Part shown: positions 1 to 10,248 of the stretch, one piece after another | Numbering within the stretch: position 1 is the first letter of the stretch | Layout of the letters: the number at the start of each line of letters is the position of its first letter | Origin: a virus | Direction: 5' to 3' (one strand) | Virus record (IMG/VR): IMGVR_UViG_3300002093_000007 | Location: 1-37,149 of that record | Length of the DNA: 37,149 nucleotides | The notes under the pieces: generated by a model | What the model was told of the DNA's origin: nothing | Seen by the model: only the letters and a program-made list of their open reading frames with translations | Databases searched by the model: none | Position numbers and translations under genes: made by a program

Positions 1-101
1 TCTTCGCTTGATATTCCGTTCTCCATGTACCACTGTTGCTTCTCTTTTGGAATATCCGAGAACATGAACGCCCCGTATCGCTCAACTGCTTGATTGATGA
101 C
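1..101. repeat. Terminal direct repeat, copy 1 (identical to 37049..37149)
   Basis: Read directly: the 101 nt tcttcgcttgatattccg...gcttgattgatgac occur at both window ends. Indicates a circular or terminally redundant genome, or an assembly overlap. Confidence 0.95.
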
Positions 102-818
102 CTCACGAGTGAATAAATGGCGACCATGTATACCATTATCTCCCCAACTGTTCTGTACCACAAGGTATTCAGTGCCGTTCTCGTAGGTAAAGCCGACGAT
201 AGCGAGCGCATGACCGAACCCATTTTGCGGAAGTGTGTCGATGATACGCTGTCCTGCGCTCCACGAATTATCCCATAATGTACCAAATACTACCGCGCGA
301 CGTTCGTCTTTGAATTTGTATAATGTCGCTTTGGCGTTGTCGAAATGGTCGTATGGACCAGTGATTGCAAAGAATGACGCTTTTTTGTGCACGATAGCTT
401 TGTCGCACAAGTCTTTGATATTCCCCCAGTTTTCGATTCCGACAAGTCTTTCTCTATCCATACTTCCGACAAGTGAGGTGGGGATTTGCGTTGTCTCCAG
501 TGCTCCATATTTCGCGTGTGCGCGTGCAATATCACGAAGTTGCTGTCCCCATGCTTCGGGGTCGCCTGTGAGCACCTTACTCATCATAAAGGTGAATGAC
601 GGTTCAAGGATTACCCCCTCCTGAAACTCAGAGGCGTAGCATGAAGCGTACGCCGAGCAAAAATCGAGTATGCCTTGGTCTTTGACAGGGAGTCCACCCT
701 CAACAACGTAGTGGATTGGTAGGTCAGCGAGCTTGGGGAGGTCAAACAGCACACCGCCGAGATGATCGCGCTCGTCTATGGTTTTTGGTAGTACGCCGTC
801 ACGTGTGAGGGGATTCAT
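1..818 (-). CDS. Papain-like (C1 family) cysteine peptidase, N-terminal 272 codons. The ORF runs off the window start and continues at 37048..36964 (about 300 aa in total).
   Basis: Own translation. The start ATG at 818 overlaps the upstream stop (ATGA). Motifs: VKDQGILDFCSAYAS (cf. papain VKNQGSCGSCWAF), FGHALAIVGF (cf. HAVAAVGY), VVQNSWGDNG (cf. NSWG). Absent from the ORF track because it crosses the window edge. Confidence 0.75.
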   Translation of the reverse strand, partial: MNPLTRDGVLPKTIDERDHLGGVLFDLPKLADLPIHYVVEGGLPVKDQGILDFCSAYASCYASEFQEGVILEPSFTFMMSKVLTGDPEAWGQQLRDIARAHAKYGALETTQIPTSLVGSMDRERLVGIENWGNIKDLCDKAIVHKKASFFAITGPYDHFDNAKATLYKFKDERRAVVFGTLWDNSWSAGQRIIDTLPQNGFGHALAIVGFTYENGTEYLVVQNSWGDNGIHGRHLFTREVINQAVERYGAFMFSDIPKEKQQWYMENGISSE

Positions 819-1108
819 GGTCTAAAAAATAAACTTTTAATCATAAGCGCGAGACTTCCCACTGCCAAGAATGCTCCGAACGCCCACTTCATTGACCGCC
901 ATGCCTGAGTTATCGGCTTCATATCGTCGATAAGCCCTGAGACACCATTTACTGGGTCGCCCTTGAGTGCACGGTGCATCTCGGATATAAGATCACTCGT
1001 CTGCTTGTGCACCTCATCCTGCCTCATGTGGTAGGCATCATTTGCCTTGATATAGGCATCAAGTTTCGCATCAAGGTCTTTATAATCGTGTCGACGTTCT
1101 TCTGGCAT
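815..1108 (-). CDS. Tail-anchored membrane protein (coiled N-terminus, C-terminal TM); holin- or spanin-like candidate
   Basis: 97 aa. C-terminal hydrophobic segment WAFGAFLAVGSLALMIKSLFF. Sits directly upstream of the peptidase and is translationally coupled to it. Confidence 0.4.
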   Translation of the reverse strand: MPEERRHDYKDLDAKLDAYIKANDAYHMRQDEVHKQTSDLISEMHRALKGDPVNGVSGLIDDMKPITQAWRSMKWAFGAFLAVGSLALMIKSLFFRP

Positions 1109-1110
1109 GG

Positions 1111-3333
1111 TTATCCAATCCTTAATACGTTACGGGCAAAATCTTTAAGCTGTTTACCGATACTGCCTGAAACGGTAATGTTTGCTAATAAATAATTCCA
1201 CACATCTCCTGCGGACACATACGAGGCTGAAATAACAGCCGCAGGAAGTCCACCTGACCAGAAACCAAACTCACCGAAGTCAATGGCGGCAGCTTGTGGT
1301 GCAGAAACAGCGTCTACCCACATATTTCCCGATGTACCCACGATTGAGAATGTGAGTGTAAGCAAACCATCAGTACCCGTAGTCTGTGTTCCTGATACAA
1401 AGAATTGCTCGTTTGCCGAGAGTGAACCAGAAGCAGTGTAGACAGAAGGTGTTATACCAAGACCAGAAAGGGTTACTGTTGCGACATTCGCTGTGTCTCG
1501 CCACAAGTAACCTGATACACCAATTTTGTTTCCTGTAGGTGCGGGAATGAGCACGGAGAATGTTAAGGGCGACGTGGCATTAAGTGGAGACATCTTGAGT
1601 GATGTAACCCCTGATACTTTCGAGGTATTATCACGCACAATCGTTCCAGCTGGAGAATAGATTTCCTGTGCCGATGGGTCAACATTCTTGTTTGCAACGA
1701 TAGTCTGCATTGAAGGAAGAGCTTGGTTATATGTCGAACCCGTAATCGTTTTTGTTGCATCAAAGTAGCAGTCCTCAAGGGTAACTTTCCCGATGTTTCC
1801 AACCGCAGAATAAACAATATATGTTTGCGAAAACGATGCTCCTGAGGGGGTTGTCCCTCCTGCGCCAAAATAACACGAGTAGAAGTACGCACTATTCGCC
1901 ACACCTTGGTATATACCAGCAAACGATGAGTAGAAATAACATCGGTAATATTCGGGGTTGATTCCACCGTTGAAGTTTACATTTGCCCCTGCACACCCTG
2001 TAAACACGGAGTCGTACCACCTGGCGTTACGCATACCCTCAGAATAGCCATAAGTCATTCCCGTTGAACCTTTGTAGATATTGACGCGATAGAAATCTGC
2101 AACACCTCCCGCGTAACATAAGACCGATGTTCCCGAAGCAGAAAACATTGCAATATCGCTCACGGTAAAGCGTTCTTTATTATTACCGAACTGCATCAAT
2201 CCAGAACAAGCGAGTGTTTGATAAAAAGCAAGATTACCCACAGAAATCCAAGGTGCGGTAACAGTGTTACCTCCCGACGTAAAGAATGTTAGTGCCGCTT
2301 GTTTTGCAAATGTTCCACCAGAGGTGTTGGTGGCTAACTCCTCGAATGTCACATAGCGGATTTCCCGTGAGTTCGTCGGCTGGACGGTGTTCCAGAGCGC
2401 ATAGAAATACGAACGGTAGGTAGTGTTGTAGGGCGTGATAATGACGTTATTGGTGAAGTTACCCACAATCGCATTCGCATTATGTCCGTAGGTTGTTCCA
2501 CCTATCCAAGTGATGTCATAAATTGTTCCCGATACTAGAGTGATAGTATCAATGGTTTTAACATCTTGTTGTGTTACCACTGTCCCCGTAGCCCCGAATA
2601 TCACCCTATCGCCAACAGCCCAACCTGTTCCATCTGTGACGCGAGCTGTTGTTGCAGCTACTGCAATATCAGATACAAGTAGTGCGTTCGTTGTCTTTGT
2701 TGCCCCATACATATAAAGTCCAGTATTGTCTTGGAATGTTACACCGTATTTTCCGTCAACGGGGGCTGCTGAACGATTTGTTTTGAGTGTTGCGGTGTAC
2801 GCAACAGGAATAGGGTCTGCACTTTGCCCCATATCATAAGTACCTTTTGTAAGAATAAGGAGTTCACCCTGTACAGTGAGCTGTGAAGTAGCCGCACGAG
2901 ACCATTTCAAAGTACCTGTAACATTGATTGCGGTAGTTGTATCGTCTCCCCCCTCAATAGCAGCACCGTCAACAGTAACAACATGTCCACGACTTGTTAC
3001 ACGCGTAGAGGAAGCTGGGATTGCGATTATAAGACCTGCCCCACCGATAGTGAGTACCTTGGTTGCCGACACCCAGCCAGCAATCGGGTAGTAATTAGGG
3101 TCGCCATAGAAGGTAACGGATTCACCAACAACGAAAGAACCTGCCGCAACAGTGCCCGTCATTGTGATTGCGGTTGCACCAATAGCATATCCAGCAGCAT
3201 CTGTTGAAATAGTAGAACCAGCAGAAGAGGTGTGAGCGATGTAAACCTTGTCGCCGTTAACAGGAGCAATACCACCTACCCAAGTAGCTCCTGCTGACCA
3301 ATTTCCATTTGTTGTAGATGTTATTGTAGCCAT
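1111..3333 (-). CDS. Tail fibre/tailspike with probable right-handed beta-helix
   Basis: 740 aa, last large gene of the structural arm. N-terminus is NGNWSAGATWVGGIAPVNGDKVYI, and the body is rich in Gly/Thr/Ser/Asn/Tyr, as in beta-helix fibres. Confidence 0.55.
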   Translation of the reverse strand: MATITSTTNGNWSAGATWVGGIAPVNGDKVYIAHTSSAGSTISTDAAGYAIGATAITMTGTVAAGSFVVGESVTFYGDPNYYPIAGWVSATKVLTIGGAGLIIAIPASSTRVTSRGHVVTVDGAAIEGGDDTTTAINVTGTLKWSRAATSQLTVQGELLILTKGTYDMGQSADPIPVAYTATLKTNRSAAPVDGKYGVTFQDNTGLYMYGATKTTNALLVSDIAVAATTARVTDGTGWAVGDRVIFGATGTVVTQQDVKTIDTITLVSGTIYDITWIGGTTYGHNANAIVGNFTNNVIITPYNTTYRSYFYALWNTVQPTNSREIRYVTFEELATNTSGGTFAKQAALTFFTSGGNTVTAPWISVGNLAFYQTLACSGLMQFGNNKERFTVSDIAMFSASGTSVLCYAGGVADFYRVNIYKGSTGMTYGYSEGMRNARWYDSVFTGCAGANVNFNGGINPEYYRCYFYSSFAGIYQGVANSAYFYSCYFGAGGTTPSGASFSQTYIVYSAVGNIGKVTLEDCYFDATKTITGSTYNQALPSMQTIVANKNVDPSAQEIYSPAGTIVRDNTSKVSGVTSLKMSPLNATSPLTFSVLIPAPTGNKIGVSGYLWRDTANVATVTLSGLGITPSVYTASGSLSANEQFFVSGTQTTGTDGLLTLTFSIVGTSGNMWVDAVSAPQAAAIDFGEFGFWSGGLPAAVISASYVSAGDVWNYLLANITVSGSIGKQLKDFARNVLRIG

Positions 3334-3336
3334 ATA

Positions 3337-3525
3337 TTATGTTGTCCTTATTCCAAATAAGCCCTTAGACCATGCTTCATTGTTCGTATCCCAATATATT
3401 TTCCAAAGCTCTGATAATCCAATTGTATCATTGTTTGCAGTTGCTTCTTTCTTGAATTCTTCTATCAATTCAAATTTTCTAAAGAAGTTAAGTCTTTCAT
3501 CTGCTGTAAGTTTATTTGTTGCCAT
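3337..3525 (-). CDS. Hypothetical small protein
   Basis: 62-aa ORF packed tightly in the late operon. Confidence 0.4.
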   Translation of the reverse strand: MATNKLTADERLNFFRKFELIEEFKKEATANNDTIGLSELWKIYWDTNNEAWSKGLFGIRTT

Positions 3526-3526
3526 A

Positions 3527-3733
3527 TTAGATTATTGGTGCTCCTTGATTAACGATTGCGTCATATCGACTCTTTTCTGCAACTGCTTCATAATATGCAA
3601 TTATCTGTGCTCGCTTTGCCTCCTTGACACCAATGAGATTATCCAACGCAGCCTGTGCGTCCTGTAAATTTTGTGTCCTATTCGCGAGTCGTTGTGCAAA
3701 TCGTTCCTCAAGTTGTTGTAGTGCTTGTTCCAT
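3527..3733 (-). CDS. Hypothetical small coiled-coil protein
   Basis: 68-aa ORF, 1-nt gaps to both neighbours. Confidence 0.4.
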   Translation of the reverse strand: MEQALQQLEERFAQRLANRTQNLQDAQAALDNLIGVKEAKRAQIIAYYEAVAEKSRYDAIVNQGAPII

Positions 3734-3734
3734 A

Positions 3735-5177
3735 TTAAATTATTTTAGTTGACCAATTAATACTATCCGCAGCCGATGAAGAACCAAAGTAAATTACTTG
3801 ATTTGCGTCGAGGGTTACGGATACCGAGTATGTTGACTGCTCTCCATTCGTTGTACTAGGTACGCCCGTATTTGAGAAAGCACGTCGGACTGTACCAACA
3901 CCAGTTTCGATTGTTGCTGTGAGTTCATATGGTGCCGTAGGTGCAGTTGATGGAACGGCATACCATGTATTCGCACTCGTGAGTACTGTCTGCCCATTTG
4001 TACTTGCTCCTGATAAGCCTGATTTCCCAACTGTAATAGCTCCTGAAGGAGTTACTTTCACTGCGACGTATCCTCCACCACCTCCCGTGGTAAGTCCGTA
4101 GATAACTCCCTTTGTCACAAGTGCATCAGTGTTTGAAAGAAGTGGAACATTTACTGCTTGTACCTCACTCGTACCTGCATATTTTTTGAATATCGTTTGG
4201 AGACGGAAGACAGCTTGAGCGGTGCCTCCATTCACATAGCGCAATCGGAAGTATTTTGCTTCGCACATGAATTGATAATAGAATCCCTGTGCGACTCCAC
4301 CCGTAGTTACAGTGATTGGATACGATTGTACTTGGTCCCAGTTCGTTCCATCTGGACTGAAATCAACATTAAGTGTTCCATTTCTGTCGACCGCTATAGC
4401 AACCGACGCGACAGTGTAATTCGTCGTATCCTCTGCCGAACCAGTGAACGTCGCAGATATTCCAAGTGGAGTTGTTGACGAGTTTACTGTTGAAAGTACA
4501 CCAATGATTCCGTTTGCCTGCAACGTCTCCTCGGTGGCGGGGTTGATGATCGCTTCTGACGCATTGCGAACAAATGTCACGCCACCACTTCCGCCACCAC
4601 CTATGCGAATCTTGCCGATCATCTTCGCGAGACGTTCATAGTCGAAGTCTGGTATCTCAATCGAAACGATGTTCTGGTTTATCGTGTCGAGGATCGCGAG
4701 GAGTTTTTTGTTTCCACCATCAATTGAAGGGACAATCTTGTCCGCGGGATTTTCCATCTTGTCACTCGAATGGCTCGCACTCGTCTGTACCGCATAGAGG
4801 ATGTCATCGAGGATAGCGGTCATGCCTGTGAGTGCGGACATGTCCACCTTTTCCACAGGTTTATTCACCAATTGCTTGAGCATTTTCTCCACACCTGACA
4901 TATCTACCACCTCGTCTTTTGGAATAGATTGTATTGCTTCCGTTACCTTGTTCACAGAGGCTCCCAGCGCGTCAAAATTGGCTTGTAACGGTTCCAAGGA
5001 TAGTTTAAGGTCTTCTGCATTCTTGACGGTGATTTCCTCTGTTTTCGAGGCGTTTACTGCATCAATGACCTCCTTGAGACGGTCATTCAGCAACCCAAGC
5101 TCGATGAAAATAGCCAGCTTCGGGTCGCGGTCGAGGGTTTTGAGCTTATCGAGGAGTTGCGTGTTTGGGTTGGGCAT
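3735..5177 (-). CDS. Virion structural protein with C-terminal beta-sandwich-like domain
   Basis: 480 aa. Coiled N-terminal half, a GGGGSGG linker, then ...FSPDGTNWDQVQSYPI...YFRLRYVNGG... Assigned by position in the tail module. Confidence 0.45.
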   Translation of the reverse strand: MPNPNTQLLDKLKTLDRDPKLAIFIELGLLNDRLKEVIDAVNASKTEEITVKNAEDLKLSLEPLQANFDALGASVNKVTEAIQSIPKDEVVDMSGVEKMLKQLVNKPVEKVDMSALTGMTAILDDILYAVQTSASHSSDKMENPADKIVPSIDGGNKKLLAILDTINQNIVSIEIPDFDYERLAKMIGKIRIGGGGSGGVTFVRNASEAIINPATEETLQANGIIGVLSTVNSSTTPLGISATFTGSAEDTTNYTVASVAIAVDRNGTLNVDFSPDGTNWDQVQSYPITVTTGGVAQGFYYQFMCEAKYFRLRYVNGGTAQAVFRLQTIFKKYAGTSEVQAVNVPLLSNTDALVTKGVIYGLTTGGGGGYVAVKVTPSGAITVGKSGLSGASTNGQTVLTSANTWYAVPSTAPTAPYELTATIETGVGTVRRAFSNTGVPSTTNGEQSTYSVSVTLDANQVIYFGSSSAADSINWSTKII

Positions 5178-5179
5178 GG

Positions 5180-6679
5180 TTATTGACGTAAATTAAGAAT
5201 GCGTTGCACTTCGGGGGAGAGGGGTGTAGTATTGGGAGATGATAATCCTGATACTTGTCCTGCTAGTGGGGTGGATGGCTTGGCATTCATAAAATCTTGC
5301 AATGTGGGTTTTGCAACTCCAATATCAGCACTGACTGTGCCTATTTTTTCTTTGTTTTTGGAAAGCATCTCTGCTACTTTTGATTGTACTGTTTTGCTAC
5401 CAAGACCTTTTTTTGTAATGAGCATTGCAATGGCAGCGGGGTCGCCACCTGATACAAGGATTGCGTCCGTTAGTCCAAGCGCATTGTTTCCTCCAATTCC
5501 CGCAGATTCTTTTCCGAGATCATCAAGGAGCTGACGTGCGAGTCGTGTTTCTTTATTTATTTCTCCTAAATTCTTAAGTCCAAGCTGTTCAGCTTTCGTA
5601 AATTGCCATTTTCTAAGTGCACTATCAAGATTTGTTGCCCTTGCAATTACGTCAGGATTCGTTCCAAGTGTCTTTTGGTACCCAAGTTTCACATTACGCT
5701 CAAAAAGACGCTTCACCTGGTTTACCTCACTCATATTCAATCCTCCTTTGTTATATTTTGAAAGAAGACCTTGCACCTCCTTAAAGTCTGGCGATAACAC
5801 GCCGGGCGATGAGACATTCTTCTCTCTCTCCATGAGTTGAGTAAGGGCAGTCTTAATTGGGGTCGCTTGATACTTTCCAGGAAGCTTTGCTATCTCAGAA
5901 TCCGCAAGATTTCGATGCGTGATAAATCTGTCACTTAATTTTGTTAGGATATCTTCCGTGTTCCCATAAATTCCACGCTTGTCTAAGTATGAACCAACGC
6001 TCTCTCCTGCGGTTTTTTCAAAAGCAATTTGGCGACCTTTTGGAATGCGCGCGACGCGTTGCATTATACCTTCTGACGATGGTGCAACTTTTGTTATTCC
6101 TTTACCAAAAACTCCACCTACAGTTTCCGCTCCACTCTTAATATCTCCACCAACAGTTCCCATTACTTGCTTTGTTGTATCAACAGGATGGATATCCGCA
6201 ATATTTGTACTTGGTACGAGTCCGAGCGCAAGAAAAGAAGCGAGGTTGGCACTATCACCGATCAGTGCCGCCTTTTCTGGGTTCTCTTTTGTCCATTCAT
6301 CTATTTTTACCTTAAGAGCTTGTGCCGTATCAGTTTGTGTAATTGCAGAAACAACAGGTTTTGCTACTGGGGCAATAGCTGTAGATATAGGTGCAGCAAG
6401 TGCACCAACAACACCACCAGAAATAGCCCCAACATCATGAGCAACATTGAGCGCAAGATTTTTTATACTACGCTTGCCAGCATACTTATCCGCATTTTGT
6501 GAAATCTTTTCACCAGCAGAGGTTATTGAACCAATGACATTCGTCACTACATCAGTACCAAATTGCTTGATGGGATTCTTGTCAAGCGTCATTCCATTAT
6601 CGGGCTGAATTGGTGTCTGAGCTGTTGTACCACCAAGTTTCGCTTTCAGTTTTTCAAATTCTTGTTGTGACAGTGCCAT
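5180..6679 (-). CDS. Virion internal/ejection-like protein
   Basis: 499 aa with Gly/Ala-rich hydrophobic stretches (GAISGGVVGALAAPISTAIAPVAKPVV). No long tape-measure gene is present, so the phage looks podovirus-like. Confidence 0.35.
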   Translation of the reverse strand: MALSQQEFEKLKAKLGGTTAQTPIQPDNGMTLDKNPIKQFGTDVVTNVIGSITSAGEKISQNADKYAGKRSIKNLALNVAHDVGAISGGVVGALAAPISTAIAPVAKPVVSAITQTDTAQALKVKIDEWTKENPEKAALIGDSANLASFLALGLVPSTNIADIHPVDTTKQVMGTVGGDIKSGAETVGGVFGKGITKVAPSSEGIMQRVARIPKGRQIAFEKTAGESVGSYLDKRGIYGNTEDILTKLSDRFITHRNLADSEIAKLPGKYQATPIKTALTQLMEREKNVSSPGVLSPDFKEVQGLLSKYNKGGLNMSEVNQVKRLFERNVKLGYQKTLGTNPDVIARATNLDSALRKWQFTKAEQLGLKNLGEINKETRLARQLLDDLGKESAGIGGNNALGLTDAILVSGGDPAAIAMLITKKGLGSKTVQSKVAEMLSKNKEKIGTVSADIGVAKPTLQDFMNAKPSTPLAGQVSGLSSPNTTPLSPEVQRILNLRQ

Positions 6680-6680
6680 A

Positions 6681-8435
6681 TTATTTGTACCAAGCTGGTA
6701 ATAGTCCTTCTTTATCTAGTTCTGCTTTCTGCGTTGGACTTAATTGTTCAAGCTGTTTTTTTACGTCAGAATAGCCAATCACTGAAAGTTGATTCGTGTT
6801 CAATGTACTATCCAAATTTGTCTGCATCGAATTTGAGAGTGAGTTAAGCTTTTTTCCACCATCAGAACCAAGGAAAAACAATTGGTTAAAATTAGATGGG
6901 AGCAACTTTGAATACCTTTCGTATTCCTGCTCCGTAACCGCCGCACCAGAACGGGCAACAAGAAGTTTGCTCAAAAATTCTGCTCGAAAAGTATTGTAAT
7001 CCTGTCTGTCCTGCGAAGTGAACAATGAGCCAAGGGTGCCACCGACTAACCCTGTATTTATTTTACTAAACCTATCTTTAAGTGCGGGCATTGTTTTAGT
7101 TACAATCTCATTCATTGCCGTTATTCCTGCTTCTTGTGCCGCACTTAACGATGATGGTTTGACCCCTGTATTATTATCAATCAGTGCACCATCTGGCTTT
7201 GGTAAATTACGTGCGAGTTCCGTCACTTGCGATACAGATAATCCTGAAAGTTTAAGTTCCGATGGATTGGGCAACGTACCAGTTGAAGCATATCTTTGTG
7301 CATAAGCAAGCGCATTCTCATTCACTGAAACTTCTTGTCCACCAAGGACAATATTCGTGCTTCCTGCTGGAGCGTCAGATACTACAGCCTTCGCTCCTCC
7401 CGCCCTCGAGATGATCTCCCCTGTCTGCGTGTCTATAAGCACAGTACTTCCATTGTCGAGTTTCACCACCTGTGTTTCACGTTTTGCTTTGGCGGGTGCT
7501 ATAAGCCCACTCTGTGCGAGTATCTGCAGTGCCTCCTCTTTTGTCTTTGCCGAATTTATCGCACTCAATGTGAGACTATCTGCACCAAGTTGTACAGCCT
7601 TGATTCCCATGTCGTAGATTGCAGTTTTATTCTCCTCATCTGCTTTCACTTGCGCATCTGCCGCGTCCAATCGTGCCGTGGTAATAGCCGCGCGACGCTT
7701 CTCCTCAGTTGTGCGTGCGGGGTCGCTCATATACATTTCAAGATTTGCGCGAGCGTCGGCAAGCTGTGCGCGTTTCGGGTCGAACTCTGCTTTGACCGCG
7801 GCATCGACTTGCTGAATGGCAAGGGAAAGATTCCCGTTGGCAGCGGAAAGGAGTGATGAGACACCGAGTTGCTTGATGGCGTTTTGGCGTAACTGTGCCG
7901 TCTGAATAGGTGCGACACCACCTTTGGTTACGTTGGCACCTCCCGTAGTGATGTCTTGCTGTACCTGTAGTGGGATTGTTTTGTATTCGTTCGCCAGTTG
8001 GTCGAATTGCGCGGTGAGGTCTTGCACCTGCTGTTTCTTCGCTAAGTATATTGGGTCTGCTTCAAGCTGCGAACGACGAGCGACCTCCTGCGTATTGACG
8101 TCACCAAGTGAGGCAATAAGACGACGGGTGTCGCTGATTTCTGCATCTCCGGGGAGTGGTGCGTACTCCTGATTGATGATGTCTTCGCGGGAGGACGTTG
8201 GTTGTGTAACAGGTGGCGTCACGGTAGGCGTCACAACAGGCGCAGTTGGTGCGACAACAGGATTAACCACCGTGGGTGTCACAGGCTTGAACGGTTGCAC
8301 GGGTGCAAGTGCGGCGGGGGTGATGGTATCGTATGACGAGCCCTTGAATGCAGTTGTGCCCTGTGCTGCGGTCTGCGCGAGCATATCCTGCGTTTGCTTG
8401 ATGAGTGCATTTGTATCGTAAGGAAGAGATGGCAT
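6681..8435 (-). CDS. Large virion protein with Pro/Thr/Val-rich N-terminal linker and coiled-coil regions
   Basis: 584-aa ORF in the structural arm. Confidence 0.4.
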   Translation of the reverse strand: MPSLPYDTNALIKQTQDMLAQTAAQGTTAFKGSSYDTITPAALAPVQPFKPVTPTVVNPVVAPTAPVVTPTVTPPVTQPTSSREDIINQEYAPLPGDAEISDTRRLIASLGDVNTQEVARRSQLEADPIYLAKKQQVQDLTAQFDQLANEYKTIPLQVQQDITTGGANVTKGGVAPIQTAQLRQNAIKQLGVSSLLSAANGNLSLAIQQVDAAVKAEFDPKRAQLADARANLEMYMSDPARTTEEKRRAAITTARLDAADAQVKADEENKTAIYDMGIKAVQLGADSLTLSAINSAKTKEEALQILAQSGLIAPAKAKRETQVVKLDNGSTVLIDTQTGEIISRAGGAKAVVSDAPAGSTNIVLGGQEVSVNENALAYAQRYASTGTLPNPSELKLSGLSVSQVTELARNLPKPDGALIDNNTGVKPSSLSAAQEAGITAMNEIVTKTMPALKDRFSKINTGLVGGTLGSLFTSQDRQDYNTFRAEFLSKLLVARSGAAVTEQEYERYSKLLPSNFNQLFFLGSDGGKKLNSLSNSMQTNLDSTLNTNQLSVIGYSDVKKQLEQLSPTQKAELDKEGLLPAWYK

Positions 8436-8460
8436 ATATTTCTTTAATTATAACATTATT

Positions 8461-8766
8461 TTACGGTGCAGTAAATCCGAAGGTATAAAGCACGGCGCGA
8501 ATATCATCAATACGTGCACGCGCATAGGAATCAATAGTCGCCCCACCTGCGGGAGTCGGAATTGCTGCCTGTTGTACTGCTGGTGTTGCACCAAAGAAAC
8601 CGAGCTTTTGTGTTGCAGTAGTACCAATACGTGTTCCATGAGCTTGTCCAAGCAAAATATCATTTCCATCAAGTATCTGCATTGGGTACGGGAACACAAG
8701 CTTCTTGCTTTTTACCATAAAGGCGAGTTCCTCACGGATTATCTCACGTATTTTTTGTTCATCCAT
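8461..8766 (-). CDS. Hypothetical structural-module protein
   Basis: 101-aa ORF. Confidence 0.4.
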   Translation of the reverse strand: MDEQKIREIIREELAFMVKSKKLVFPYPMQILDGNDILLGQAHGTRIGTTATQKLGFFGATPAVQQAAIPTPAGGATIDSYARARIDDIRAVLYTFGFTAP

Positions 8767-8771
8767 ATATG

Positions 8772-10241
8772 TTATCCATTCCCTTGATCGGGTTTAGTAG
8801 TAAAGAATGCTTGAAAGCCTGTTATTGTTGCACCACCCGTACTCTCAATCCTGAATCTTACTTGTCGCGCACCGTCTAAACCATTGAGTGCATTCACTGC
8901 TTCGAGTGAGGTGAGCTTGAGTTTTGTTTGTCCGTCGGTGTCAAATGTCTTGAGTGTGGTAAATGTTGTCTCCGTGTTCTTACGTGCTTTGAGTACTATC
9001 GAAGCTCCACTTGGTAGTGATTCGCAAGTAATATAACTCTCAATGAATTGAATATTCTCTCCAAGATTCTCTGCGCGGATATCATTCGTCTCAAAGGCAG
9101 ATACTGTTGCGTACGACGTTGTGGTATTCCATGCACCGTCAGCCCCCGCACCTATCCAAAACCCCTCACCGTTGCGAATGAGTCCTTTCATAAGCACTGT
9201 TCCAGTATCTATTGCAACGTTCTGCGCAATAGTAAGTCTCCCCTTGTAATCGAGGCAAAATACCACGTTTCGCGCGGTAGATTCGCCGTCAAATTGTATT
9301 CGTGCAGTAAAGTAAAGTCGCTCATTGTCCGTGTATTTTCCACCGATCAAACCACTTGTTGCGCCAATGGTTACGACAGGGAACTCATACAATGTCGTGG
9401 GAATATTCCCGTTCATGTACTTGATTATCAACATCGGTTTTTCAGCAAAAGAAGTGTTGCTGATATTTTGACGATGTTGCACGAAGAATGTTGTTCCGAG
9501 CAGTGTTGCATTATGTACAACAATGTCTCTTCCAAGACTCACCGACTCTGTAAGGTCAACAACGCTGGTGTCTCTGTCCCACAAGAGCGACGATGATTCT
9601 CCAGTAAGATAGTCAAAGCCAACGATGTTGATGAAATTACCTTGCTCATCGAGTGAGGTAATACGAAAGTTTGCATTGGGCAGTGTGAGCGCAACTGAGC
9701 CCGTAGCACCCGTTGAATCAACTTTGTGAAGCACATTATCTGAACCAAAGTACATGATACCGTCTTTTGAGTGCGTAATGGGGTCACAGAAATATGAGTA
9801 CGTTGCGCCGAGGGAGTAAAATGACATACTCAATGTACTTGGTGGCGAGAAGCGGTATAGTGTATTTCCGTTTACGATTCCGAAGAGATACGATGCGTGT
9901 GCTTGAAGCACTGCGTCGGGTACAAGTGTACCGCCAAAAGACTGCTTGCTCTGCCACTCAAACGCGGTTGTATCCCATTTATATATCGCCCCCGTCGTTG
10001 GTGTTGCATGGTCGGTACCCACTGCATAGAGTACGTCATTCAATATATCGAAATTGATAAGCGCGAGTTGTCCGATCGTTACGCCACCACCTTGGTTGTG
10101 GGGAGAAGAAATCAATGTACGGAAAGGGCGCAACACCTCCGTGATCGTGTCGAAGTGCTCAATACGCGTCGCAGAGTCTTTTGTATAGACCTTCGGTGTG
10201 ATTCCTTTATCGAACTTGAGTGCGGAGTAGATGGTTTGCAT
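8772..10241 (-). CDS. Tail/baseplate-type structural protein
   Basis: 489-aa ORF. Its ATG is preceded on the coding strand by TAA-CCCCCCC. Confidence 0.4.
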   Translation of the reverse strand: MQTIYSALKFDKGITPKVYTKDSATRIEHFDTITEVLRPFRTLISSPHNQGGGVTIGQLALINFDILNDVLYAVGTDHATPTTGAIYKWDTTAFEWQSKQSFGGTLVPDAVLQAHASYLFGIVNGNTLYRFSPPSTLSMSFYSLGATYSYFCDPITHSKDGIMYFGSDNVLHKVDSTGATGSVALTLPNANFRITSLDEQGNFINIVGFDYLTGESSSLLWDRDTSVVDLTESVSLGRDIVVHNATLLGTTFFVQHRQNISNTSFAEKPMLIIKYMNGNIPTTLYEFPVVTIGATSGLIGGKYTDNERLYFTARIQFDGESTARNVVFCLDYKGRLTIAQNVAIDTGTVLMKGLIRNGEGFWIGAGADGAWNTTTSYATVSAFETNDIRAENLGENIQFIESYITCESLPSGASIVLKARKNTETTFTTLKTFDTDGQTKLKLTSLEAVNALNGLDGARQVRFRIESTGGATITGFQAFFTTKPDQGNG

Positions 10242-10248
10242 GGGGGGG

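Noticed and set aside
235-624. Plus-strand 129-aa ORF and minus-strand 81-aa ORF at the window start
   Set aside because: Both lie inside, or antisense to, the C1 peptidase reading frame, which has strong family motifs.
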